Below are positions 11,095-21,048 of a stretch of 24,339 bases of DNA, one piece after another. Source of the DNA: Macrostomum lignano (taxonomy: Eukaryota); assembly GCA_002269645.1 (NCBI GenBank), contig NIVC01005160.1:1-24339 (forward strand). The letters run 5' to 3'. The notes under the pieces were generated by a model. The model ran no database searches. It was not told the DNA's origin and saw only the letters and a list, made by a program, of their open reading frames with translations. Numbering within the stretch: the stretch's first letter is position 1; every line of letters begins with the position of its first letter. The translations under genes were made by a program, and so were the position numbers.

Positions 11095-12711
11095 CCAAAA
11101 TCACCGGCTGCAGTTCAGAGCAGCTTCGCCGCAAGCTGCTAGCGATCGAAAATGTCGACCTGGAGCAGGCGCTTCGGGTGGCCAGAGCCATGGAGACAGC
11201 AGAGACTCAGGCAAGCCTCATGGAATCTAACGAGGCGGCGGTACAGCGACTTTGGCTTCGAGACACTGGTGCAGCGGCCTCATCGGCAGAGCGCCTAGTC
11301 AAGGGACCAGCCAGGTAAGCAAGCCACGTGCATCAGATGCGGAGTCCCGGGCCATCGAAATGCAACGCAGCAGAGGTAAGACGTGCGAGCGCTGAGGCAA
11401 GCGAAATCACCTGGCGAGGGCCTGTCTCTCCCGGCCGTTGGAAGCCGTCCGTGCCCTGCAGGCCGACAGCAACAGCTCAGAGCCGGAGGACAGCATCTTC
11501 TGTCTGACCGTGGCGGCCACCATGACGGCTACAGCCGGCGTCCGCACAACAGTGCTCGTCGACTCAACGCAGCTGGAAGTCCTGGTCGACAGCGGGGCGA
11601 TTGCAATATCTTGACAGAGAGAGCCTGGTGGAAACTTCCGCGACCCCCGCCGCTGCAGACAACTCGCACAAAGGTATTCGCCTTCCGCTCTTCAGAACCA
11701 CTCAGCATCCTGGGAGCCTGCAGCCTGCAGGTGACAACCGGCCAGGACAGCCAGGAGGTTCGCTTCATGGTCGTCCCCGGCGACGGCGTCAACATCCTGG
11801 GACGAGAGACATCGACCTCACTCCGCCTTCTGAGATTGGGGCCTCAGGTTCGCGCGATTGCAGCAGCCGAGACGGAGAACGCAGAGACCCTGGCGCTGGC
11901 CAAGCGATTTCCGGAGCTCTTCAAAGGCCTCGGCAAGGTCAAGGGTGTTTTAGTTCAGATTGGTACGAGCTCGTATCAAGCCCGACGCTAGGCCCGTCTG
12001 TCATCCGCCCTCTCGAATATACCAGTACATCTCAGGGAGGCGCTGGACCGCGAGCTGGACGAGCAAGAGCGCATGCAGATCATCCAGCCAGTAGAAGGCC
12101 CCACGCCATGGGTCAGTCGCATCGTCGTGGTACCGAAAGAGGACGGGAAGACCTTGAGGATCATCCAGGATCTGCGAGACGTTAACAAGGCGTCCCTGAG
12201 GCAGCGACACCAAATCCCGACTTTTGAAGAAGCTACCAGTGACATGACGGGGTCGACAATCTTCACCAAGCTCGATATCTTCAAGGCGTTTCATCAAATT
12301 GAGATCAGTGAGGACAGCCGCAAGTACTTGGTCTTCTCAATGCCCCGAGGGATGCGTCAGCTGACACGCCTGAGCATGGGATTCGCCTCCGCCTTGCAGA
12401 TCCTGCAGCGTGTCATGCAGCAAGTGCTGGAAGGCCTCACTGGTGTTAAGTGGATCCACGACGACATCATCATCCAGTCAGGGCCCTGAAGTTCACCAAG
12501 AACACGTGGCAGCCTGCCTGACCAGACTGCGTGACAATGGCATCACCCTGAATACCAGCAAGTGCCACTGGGGCATCGGCAAGGCCAAGTTCATGGCTAT
12601 GACGCTCTCCAAGTTCGGCATCCAGCCATCAGAAGAGAAAATCGCGGAGCTGCAAGCATTCAAGGATCCACAGTCTGCCAAGGAAGTCCGGTCGTTCCTC
12701 GGCCTGGCCAA
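11095..12711 (+). pseudogene. pol: Gypsy-B gag-PR-RT, multiply frameshifted
   Basis: ITGCSSEQLRRKLL (gag); knuckles CIRCGVPGH and CER*GKRNHLARAC; protease LVDSGA (~11582-11599); RT TPWVSRIVVVPKEDG, KLDIFKAFHQ, RLSMG, IHDD (12454-12465), EVRSFLGLAN. Confidence 0.9.
12444..12711 (+). repeat. 268-bp direct repeat, copy 1 (target-site duplication of the antisense LINE)
   Basis: Identical base by base to 16318-16585 (offset 3874). The ORF track shows identical 72-aa minus-strand ORFs at 12493-12711 and 16367-16585. Confidence 0.97.
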
Positions 12712-12729
12712 CTTGACTTACTTGACTTA
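12711..12729 (-). repeat. 3' terminal tandem repeat of the LINE, (TAAGTCAAG)2 on the minus strand
   Basis: Plus strand reads ACTTGACTT ACTTGACTT A exactly at the junction with TSD copy 1. Confidence 0.85.
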
Positions 12730-15700
12730 GCTGCAGGGTGGTCCGTAGACACAGCGGGGAGGCGAGGGTCGCCCATTCCGCTAGCCCCTGAAGGCCCGCA
12801 GACAGGCAGAGGCGTGGGGCCGGTCAGGGTGGTCCGCCGGTCCGTCCTGCAGCGTGATCTTCCGTTGGGAAGAAACTGGCTCGTCTAGTCGCCCGAAGGA
12901 ACTGGATGAGCCGTGGGATGCTGTCGGGCTGGCAGACCTCGTCAATGGACGGGTTCGGCCCGAGGTAGCGTAGCCGGTCTCTGTTAAAGAAAGGGCAGTG
13001 ACAGACAAAGTGCTGAGCATCTTCTTTGTCGCACTCGCAAAAGGGGCAAATTTCGCTCTCGAGGTCGCCTCGGAGGAAGCAGTGCCTGGCGAGGTAGCCA
13101 TGGCCGGTAAGGGTCATGACAAGGGCTCGAATATCCTTCCGATTCTGGTTCAGAAGGATGTTTCTGAGCCTGTGAGACGGGCAAGGAACCGCGGCACGAG
13201 ATTGCCGGCAGTTTTGGGTGCCCGCCCATCTGTCCCTGTGGAGGGAGTCAGCCCAGTCGTCGATCTGACGATTGATGACTGTCAAGGGCATAGGGACCAG
13301 GGGGGCAGGGCCGAAGAAAGAGCCAGAGCCGCCCCTCTTGGCGAGGGTGTCTGCCAGCTCGTTCCCCGGAAACCCTGCGTGCCCTGGGATCCACTTCAGC
13401 CTGACAGTATTGCTTCTGGCCAGGAGGTTGAGCTGCCGGGCGCAGTCGGCGACTGTCCGGGAGTTCGTTGTGGTGTGGCAAAGGGCCTGTAAGGCCGCTT
13501 GGCTGTCAGAGTGGATGACAATAGTCTTTCCTCTCGTAACCTTGGCGTTCAGCTCTGCAGCGCAAGAGCTGATGGCAAGGACTTCGTTCTGGAAGACTGT
13601 GGAGAGTCTACCAGTGTGCTGGGCATGCGTGGCAATTACGCGGCCGTTGATGATGATGCAGACCCCAAAGCCGGCGCGACCGTCTTTGATGGATCCGTCC
13701 GTGTAGCAATGGACCTCCTGGAAATTCCAGTGGTCATTGGCAGCATCCCTAGAGGGGATGGTGACCTTGTAGCGCTGAAAGAGGTTGAGAGTGCGGGGTT
13801 CGCCGTCAGATAGGACGTGGAGCCCGCCGCTGTCTCTCAAGTCCTTGAGGCAGAGGTCAGCGTGGGGCAGAAGCTTGCGCTTAGCCATGGCCCTATGGGG
13901 CTGGATTCGAATGCCAGCGTCAGCTAGACGGCGGGCAGTCTTAGCCGCTTCCCTGCGGACAAAGATGTCCAGCGGAGGAATGTTGAGGAAGGCGTTGAGG
14001 CCATCGTAGGGAGCAGACGGAGGGGCGCTCATGATCGTGCGACAAGCGCGCCCTTGCGCTCTCCTGAGAGCCTCTAGACAGGTCTTTATCTGCAGGGCGC
14101 TAGCCCAGATCAGGCCGCCATACGAGATAGCGGGCCTAACCATTGCAGTGTAGATCCACCAGAGGCGCTTGGGGGTGAGCCCCCAGGTGGTGCCGACAGC
14201 CCTGCGCAATTGCGCGAGGACTGCGAAGGCCTTTTTGGCTTTTGTTTGAACGTGGGGTGACCAGTTCAGCCTGTGGTCCAGGGTAATACCCAGACATTTA
14301 GTCTGCTTGCAGAAGGGGATTTCCCTTCCGTAAAGCGTGAGCGGCCGAATCTGCCACTTGGTCCTGCTGGTGAACATGATCGCTGCGGTCTTAGTCTCAG
14401 AGAGCCTTAAACCACAGCGGTCCGCCCATTGCTCAGCAGCGTAGATGAAGTTCTGAAGAAGGTCCCTGAGGGTATCAGGGGACGGACCAGATGCCACCGC
14501 GGTGACATCGTCCGCATATCCAACTTTCAGAATGGGGTCAGGCCGAACATCCCGGAGGAGCTCATCGATGACCATATTCCAGAGAACTGGAGACAGCACC
14601 CCACCTTGCGGGCTACCTTTGCAGACGGGGACCGTCCTCTGGTAGCCCAGCAGACTGGCGGTGGCCGTGCGATGGCTGATCATGTACATGATCCATCTGG
14701 TGAGATGTGAGTGCGTTTGCCTCTCACAAAGAGCTCTTCGGAACGCCTCAAAGAGGACGTTATCGAAGGCGCCAATGATATCCAGGAAGATCCCCAGAGC
14801 AAAGCCATTACCAAGCACGGCCTTCTCGAGTTTATCGACCAGGACGTGCAGCGCGCTTTCAGTGGAGCGACCCGCCCGAAAAGCGTGCTGGTTCTCGCTG
14901 AGAGGTTTGTTCTTCAGCTCAACAGAGAGAAGGCGCCAAAGCACCAGTCTCTCCATCAGCTTGACCAGGGAGGAGGTCAAGCTGATCGGTCTGAAGGATT
15001 TGATAGAATGGTAGTCCGAGCGGCCTGGCTTAGGGATAAAGATCACCTTTGCCTCGGTCCAAGCCTGTGGGACATAACCAAGCGTGATGCATGCCCGAAG
15101 AAGGCTGCAAAGTTTGCGCAGGAAGCCTGGGCATTTAACCGCCTCTCTTAGAAGGGCCGGTACAATGCCGTCGGGTCCTGGGGCTTTGAAAGGCTTGAAG
15201 GAATTTGCCGCTCTCACAATGCGGTCCTCCGTGATGATAGAGGCAGCCAGCGCGTGACCTCCCTCCGAGTGATCCGGAGTGGTCTGGTTAGCTGGCTCGT
15301 TGGGGAAAAACGCAGTGAGCATTACATCAAGCGTTTCCCCTGGGTTGTCCATGGACGTACCGTCGGTGCGTTTGACCGAGGAGAGCTTAGACATTTTGTC
15401 CAGCGTGAGCGCTTTCACAACTCTGGAGGTGGGGCGTGAGCCCTCTAGCTCCTCACAGTATTGTCGCCATTTTTGAGCCTTTGCATTCCTAACCTTCCTT
15501 TTAAACTCATGAATTGCTTCATGATAGGCGGTTTGGTCTGCAGGGCTCTTAGTTTTAGTTGCTCTGCGGTGGAGTCTCTTAGCCCTGCGACGGAGGTTGC
15601 CGAGCTCGGGATTCCACCACGGCGCCGATTTTTTCCCTTTATAGGCTTTTAAAGGGCAGGACGCCTCAAAGGCGGCGGTTAGCGTCTCTGTCAAAACAGT

Positions 15701-16317
15701 CGCGCACTCATCCGCCTCTCGGCACGACGTGATCGTGGATGGTTGGCCAGGAGACCGATGGAATTCCTTCAGGGCGAGCCCGAAGGTTTCCCAATCCGTA
15801 TTTCTGGCGTTCCGTCTCCACGTAACACGAGTTGCGCTACGCGCGGCCATTAGGTTGAAGGAGATGAACTTGTGATCCGAGAGTGAGGACACTGGAAGCA
15901 CCCGCCACGCTCCAATACTCTGGTAGAGTCTGGGCGTTGCGAGCGTAGCGTCGATCACCTCCGACCACCGTCCGTTGTCAAAGGTAGGGGTGGACCCAGA
16001 GTTGCAGAACTCGAGGGTCGTAGAGGCAACGTAGGCTAGGAGGTCTTCGCCTCTCTGATTAATGCCAGTGCTGCCCCAGTGAGTGTGGTGGGCGTTGATG
16101 TCGCCGGCAACCATGAGCTCGTAGTTTTTGGCAGAGCAGAGCTCTACCAGCGTAGCGAGGGCTCTGGGGACGACCGCAGCATCGCCTGGTAGGTAAACCG
16201 AGGCAATGAGGGTGGTCTTCCAGGAAGAAGGTCCTCGGATTGGATGACGCAGATGTCCCTGTTGGACAGGTCCGATCTGAGCCACGCACTGAGCGTTTTG
16301 CTCGCAAAGATGCAAGC
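12712..16317 (-). mobile_element. RNase H-containing non-LTR retrotransposon (LOA/R1/Tad/I-group-like), 5'-truncated inside APE, 3606 bp
   Basis: ORF2 domains are APE-RT-RNase H-CCHC, followed by a ~110-bp 3' UTR ending in (TAAGTCAAG)2. No ORF1 is present. The element lies between two identical 268-bp repeats. Confidence 0.95.
12824..16317 (-). CDS. LINE ORF2 (APE endonuclease, RT, RNase H, CCHC finger); N-terminus truncated, one frameshift near 16240
   Basis: APE: ACIFASK..SNRDICV (ORF 16144-16347 frame), then ASVYLP, GDINAH..WGS, IDATL, SDH. RT: KAPGPDGI, RPISLTS, QHAFRAGRST, LDIIGAFD, PQGGVLSPVLWN, YADD. RNase H: YTDGS, SDSQAAL, WIPGH, GNELADTLAK. Finger: CPFC..EDAQHFVCHC. About 1140 codons are open after the frameshift. 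Confidence 0.92.
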
Positions 16318-16585
16318 TGTTAAGTGGATCCACGACGACATCATCATCCAGTCAGGGCCCTGAAGTTCACCAAGAACACGTGGCAGCCTGCCTGACCAGA
16401 CTGCGTGACAATGGCATCACCCTGAATACCAGCAAGTGCCACTGGGGCATCGGCAAGGCCAAGTTCATGGCTATGACGCTCTCCAAGTTCGGCATCCAGC
16501 CATCAGAAGAGAAAATCGCGGAGCTGCAAGCATTCAAGGATCCACAGTCTGCCAAGGAAGTCCGGTCGTTCCTCGGCCTGGCCAA
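16318..16585 (+). repeat. 268-bp direct repeat, copy 2
   Basis: Identical to 12444-12711. Gypsy RT continues in frame after it (LGLAN-HLEKFMPHLA). Confidence 0.97.
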
Positions 16586-17494
16586 TCACCTCGAGAAGTT
16601 CATGCCGCACCTTGCCAACAAAGCGGAGCCGCTGAGGCGACTAACACGGAAAAGCCAGGAATTCGTCTGGGACCGCGAGCAGCAGCAAGCCTTCCAGGAC
16701 CTCTACGTGGTGATGGCGCCAGCGTCATCAACTGTGTCATGGCATCATTCAGCCGCTTCGGGGTGCCGCAGCAGATCACTACGGACAACGGCACCTACTT
16801 CACGAGCGAGGAATTCAGTGTGTTTCTGGACGGCCTCGGGGTTCGACAGCGCAGGGTCACCCCGTTCTACCCGGCGGCGAACGGCGAGGTGGAGCGCTTC
16901 AACCGCAGCCTCAACAAGGCCATCAACGCCGCCACGGCCGAAGGCAACGACTGGCGGCGGGCGATCCACGAGTGGCTGCTCGGATACCGCAACTCTGTGC
17001 ACCGAGGCACCGACCGCACGCCCAACGACCTCATGTTCAACCGAGAGACCGGCGACATCCTGCCATCTGGCCTGACAAAGCAAACCGGCAGCTCCGGACG
17101 GCAGCTGCAGCGCCACGGCTGCGGCTACAAGCAGGCGATGCGCAAGGCGGCCGACACGCAGCGATCGGCTGCGCCACACGGCATCCTGGCAGGCGCCCGC
17201 GTGCTGCTCAGAAACCGCGGCAAGGCCAAGCTGCGCTGTCCGTTCGACCCGCGGCCTTGGCATGTCAAAGCAGTCAGCGGCGGCACCCTGACGCTGCAAC
17301 GCGGCACGGCAGTCATTCGGCGGCATGTGACTGAGGCGAAGCCGCTGCGTGAGTGCCCCTGGGACCTTGACGAGCTGGACGGCGATCAGCGGCCGGGGGC
17401 GCCGGCGACGGAGGCAAATCCGGCCAACGACGGTCCGATTGCGCAGAGGCCTCATCCCAAGACAGCAAAGCGGCCCGTCTGCTACAAGCAGTGA
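16318..17494 (+). pseudogene. pol: Gypsy-B RT palm/thumb fused to the integrase core; RNase H and IN N-terminus deleted at ~16703
   Basis: HLEKFMPHLANKAEPLRRLTRKSQEFVWDREQQQAFQDL is followed at once (other frame) by SFSRFGVPQQITTDNGTYFTSEEF, PFYPAANGEVERFNRSL, YRNSVH..TDRTP. No TDAS, EREAL or HHCC motifs lie between them. Confidence 0.9.
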
Positions 17495-17682
17495 CTTGAT
17501 TCGAACTGAGCCGGGAGGCTGTCTAAGATCGGCATTCTTTGATTGGTTAAGTATTTAAACGTTCAAAAATCGAAATTTTTGCTACTGTTTTACTAATTAA
17601 TTTTTTTAATCCTTTACAACTTTCTCGTCAATTTTCGCAATGAAATTTTAAACCCTTTCGTATTGGACTTTTATTTTGCTTT

Positions 17683-17692
17683 GGGGGAGAGA
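17683..17692 (+). other. Polypurine tract of Gypsy-B
   Basis: GGGGGAGAGA immediately precedes TGT at the LTR start. Confidence 0.85.
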
Positions 17693-17874
17693 TGTGGTGC
17701 GCAGCCTATGCGTGTACAATGCCCTTTCTCTTGCTCTCTAGCCAGCGTGCTCAGCACCTCAATGTATTGCGTAAGTCATAGCTGCACATCTGCAGCTGTG
17801 TGAATATATATCGTAAATATACGGCTCTTATAGGTTTAAGATTCTTATCCGCCAAGCGGACTACAAGCACTACA
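17693..17874 (+). repeat. 3' LTR of Gypsy-B (182 bp)
   Basis: Starts TGTGGTG after the PPT and ends CACTACA (7-bp inverted termini, 1 mismatch). The RTE reading frame resumes at the next base (17875). Confidence 0.8.
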
Positions 17875-19785
17875 GTAGTCTACTCCTACAAAGTAGGGAT
17901 ATTGCTGAACAACACCGCGTGAACGGTATGGCGCGAAAACGACCGGATAACAGACTTCTAGCTATTAAAATTGACAAATTGATGGTCATGGTGATTTACC
18001 AACAGTGAGCAAAACCTATCCGACCACCTTACAGCGAAAGTTGTGACATTACACAGGAATTTCTGCGAGCGCCACAGGGCGATACCCAGAAGAAACCCAA
18101 AAACACAAGAAAAGCAAATCGTATGGGAACGCCTACGCGACTCAGAAACCAAAGAAGGTTTCAGGACTCTAACAGAAGAAAACATGAAAAGATAGGACCG
18201 GAAAATCAGAGACGATATGCGGGACGAAGAAAAGACAAAACGAATGAGTGGATGATCGGACACGAGAAAGAACTTGAGTTTAAACAAGGAAATCGCAAAG
18301 GCCCTGGCCAGGCGCAACAGCACGAAGGAATCAGGAATGAACAATACACCTGAGGCAACGGCAAGACAAGAAGAGGAGAGGGAACAGACAAAAGAACAAC
18401 TCAAAGAGTGCAGAGAAAAGCACAAAGAAGCAATACAGAGATGGGAAGAGGAATGGTGGCAGAACATTGCGGACGTAGGCGGAATGTATGAATGTCAGAG
18501 GAAAATTGGGAAAAACTGCCAACCTAACAGTAACAACAGCAAGTCCGTACCACTGTTCTCGGCGGAAGTTTTCAGGGATCACCTGGAAGCCATCCAAGCC
18601 GTTAGATTCAAAAATGACCCAGACACAATGTATGCACTACTCAAACAGATCCAGAAACCGGAGCTCGACGAACAAACAAGGGAAGAAGCGACCAAGGATC
18701 TGACATAGGAACTAACCGGTGATGAAATTGATATAGCGATAGCCAAAATAAAGGACGGAGCACCTGGAGAGGATGGCGTCAGAATGCGCTATATCAGAGA
18801 CGCGTGTACAGAAGTCAACACGCACCTGAAGATGAAAATTCACCGCTTGTCGAAGACTCCAGCAACCGGAGACGGGTGGAGATCAAGCGACAAGACAGGA
18901 ATCATTGTACCGCTACACAAGAAGAGCGACAGAGCTAACATGAACAATTTCAGGGGAGTGTGCCTCCTGTCGATGGTAAGCAGAGTCCTAGCAACCTAGC
19001 GAATCCTAGCAACCAGACTGAGCAAATGGACAGAACGCCTCAAAGATACACAAGCAGGCTTCAGGAGCGGACGATCCACCCTAGACGCCACCCAAGTAAT
19101 CCTGAGACTCAAAGAAAATGAGGCAGCCCAGATTTCAGTGGAAGAATGATTACAGCAATTACGCTATTGGATCTAAGAAAAGCCTACCAGAGAGTGAACA
19201 AACCAGTGCTTTGGAGATACCTAGAAGAGAGCATTCTCAACAATATTCTCAGCAAGGACTTGCACGAACAAGGTGCGATGCGACAAGGAAACCAGCACGG
19301 AGTTCTACCCCCAACGGGGGCTCAGAGAAGGATGCGCGACGTCACCTATCCTCTTCAATATATTCCATCAGGCAGTCATGCGACTGGCAGAAGAAAAAGG
19401 GCGAAAAAAGCAAGAGAGGAAGGAAAGCAGTACGGAGTGAAGTGGGTCCATAGGCCAGGACACGCGCTACCGCCCAAAAGAACAGAACGATACGAGTACA
19501 ACGAGGAAACGACCAACACACCATCATATCGAACTCACATTTCGCGGACGATATGACTTTGATAGGCATGTCGGAAGAAATAGCATCAGGAACAGACACA
19601 ATCGAGATAACGATGGGCGAACAAGAGAAGAGAACAAATACAGACAAAGAAGAGAAGGCAACCCTCAGGACAAAAAAGACGACAAAATCAGGATGCTAGG
19701 AACGTGGCTTGGGAGTACAGAGGATACCAGCGTATAACACAGAATGAAGAGAGCAGCTCAAGCTTGAAACGGAGTTTAAAGAATA
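17875..19785 (+). pseudogene. RTE-group LINE, middle segment (APE remnant and RT), degraded
   Basis: VVYSYKVGILL (17875-17907), RLLAIKID..VMVIYQ, SDH (18019-18027; central APE deleted), APGEDG (18760-18777), IVPLHKKSD..NFRGVCLLS, QAGFRSGRST (19051-19080), LLDLRKAY, GLREGCATSPILFN (19318-19359), FADD (19541-19552). Confidence 0.88.
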
Positions 19786-21048
19786 CGAGGGGTATTTCAA
19801 AAGTTCGTAGAAAGTGATAGAAAGCAAGCAGATATCAAAAAGCGGGTTGCGACACATTAATCAGCATCTCAATCTGATCTCTCAACGTAATCGCCACCAA
19901 TTTCTATGCACGTTCGCATGCGCTGCAGCCAGCTATCAAAGCAACCCCTAAAATCAGCTTTTTCAATGGAGTTGAGCTGCTCATTCACAGCAGAAATCAG
20001 CTCATCTCGAGTCTCAAACAACTTTCCACGCAGCGGCTGCTTGATTTTCGAAAATAACCAGAAATCGCACGGCGCCAGATCCGGTGAATAAGGCGGAGCG
20101 CTCAGCAGCTTGATGCCAGAAGCATGAATGTGCTGCACTGTGTTGTTCGCTGTGTGTGCAGGTGCGTTGTCGTGATGCAGGAAGTAGCGGCGTAGCTCAG
20201 CTTTGCCGCGGCCAGCTGCGATGGAATTGAACACAGCGGGCAAGCAGCTGGTCACGTACCAATCAGAGGTCACAGTGCGGCCTTGCTCAACAGGCACTGA
20301 GGCTACGATGCCTCTGGGCGAGAAGAAAATCGCGAACATGATTTTCCCAGCTGACCTCACCCGCTCCGCCTTTTGGGGAGGTGGGGCTCCTTTCAGTGAC
20401 CAAACCATCGACTGTGATTTAGTTGGCGGGTCGTACTGATGGAACCAGGCTTCATCACCTGTGACGATGTTCTGGAAATTCGCAGATGCTCCATCTTTGA
20501 ACTGATCCAGGAAATTTCTGCAGAAATCAATTCTCTGCTGCTTCTGCTCAGGCGAGAGGATTCGTGGCACCCATTTGGCAGCTTTCTTGGTGACACCAAG
20601 ATCTTCGTGCAAGATCCTCCAAATCGATGTGGCATCAATGCCCAAACTCTCCTCCATCCTCTCAATCGTCAGTCTTGCATTCTCGTTCAACGCCGACTGC
20701 ACAGCAGCCACATTTAAGGAATCTGTTGATGTTCTTGGACGACCTTCTCTTGGCTTGTCAGCCAGATTGAAATGGCCGGCTCTAAAGCGACCAAACCACT
20801 TGTGCACAGTGCTGAGGGATGGAGCTTCATCTTGCAGTACAGTCTTCATCTCAGCAGCAGCTTCATTTCTGGAGAACGCAGTAAACGCAGTGGGGAGTTC
20901 AGAGTTTTATTGCAGATTTCTGGTGGCCATTTCAATTAATTTTGCTGAAAATTTAGCTGTAGGCTTTGGATATATGAAATAGTATTTGTGAAAAGTTTCA
21001 AGGCTATAGCTTTATGCAAAGACTGCTTTTCTACGAACTTTTGAAATA
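19786..21048 (-). mobile_element. Mariner (DD34D) DNA transposon inserted at TA in the RTE LINE; right TIR lacks its terminal bases
   Basis: TA at 19784-19785 is followed by the TIR CGAGGGGTATTTCAAAAGTTCGTAGAAA. 19792-19813 matches the reverse complement of 21028-21049 perfectly (22 bp). The RTE frame rejoins across the insertion (RI|LRRTKL). Confidence 0.95.
19869..20930 (-). pseudogene. Mariner transposase; catalytic region open (326 codons from 20849), N-terminus damaged (in-frame TAA at 20907-20909)
   Basis: WVPR, VTGDEAW, HHDNAPAH, YSPDLAPCDFWLF, with 34 residues between the second and third Asp. The upstream in-frame ATG at 20930 gives MATRNLQ*. Confidence 0.93.

Larger units (their letters stand above)
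11095..17874 (+). mobile_element. Ty3/Gypsy LTR retrotransposon B (5' LTR and gag N-terminus missing, internal deletion, interrupted by a LINE)
   Basis: Contains gag, PR and RT remnants on the left of the LINE, RT thumb and IN on the right, then a clear PPT and a 3' LTR. Confidence 0.92.

Noticed and set aside
12998-15652. Numerous 60-165-aa ORFs overlapping the LINE ORF2 on either strand
   Set aside because: These are shadow ORFs of a GC-rich coding sequence with no recognisable motifs.
16240-16333. N-terminus of the 1169-aa ORF as a genuine start
   Set aside because: It begins at a GTG inside the duplicated Gypsy sequence and is out of frame with the true APE residues until the frameshift near 16240.
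12444-16585. The 268-bp repeats as LTRs of an element enclosing the RT/RNase H ORF
   Set aside because: They are Gypsy RT coding sequence, in register with the flanking Gypsy-B on both sides. They lack TG...CA ends, PBS and PPT, and the enclosed ORF is an APE-type LINE with its own 3' tail.
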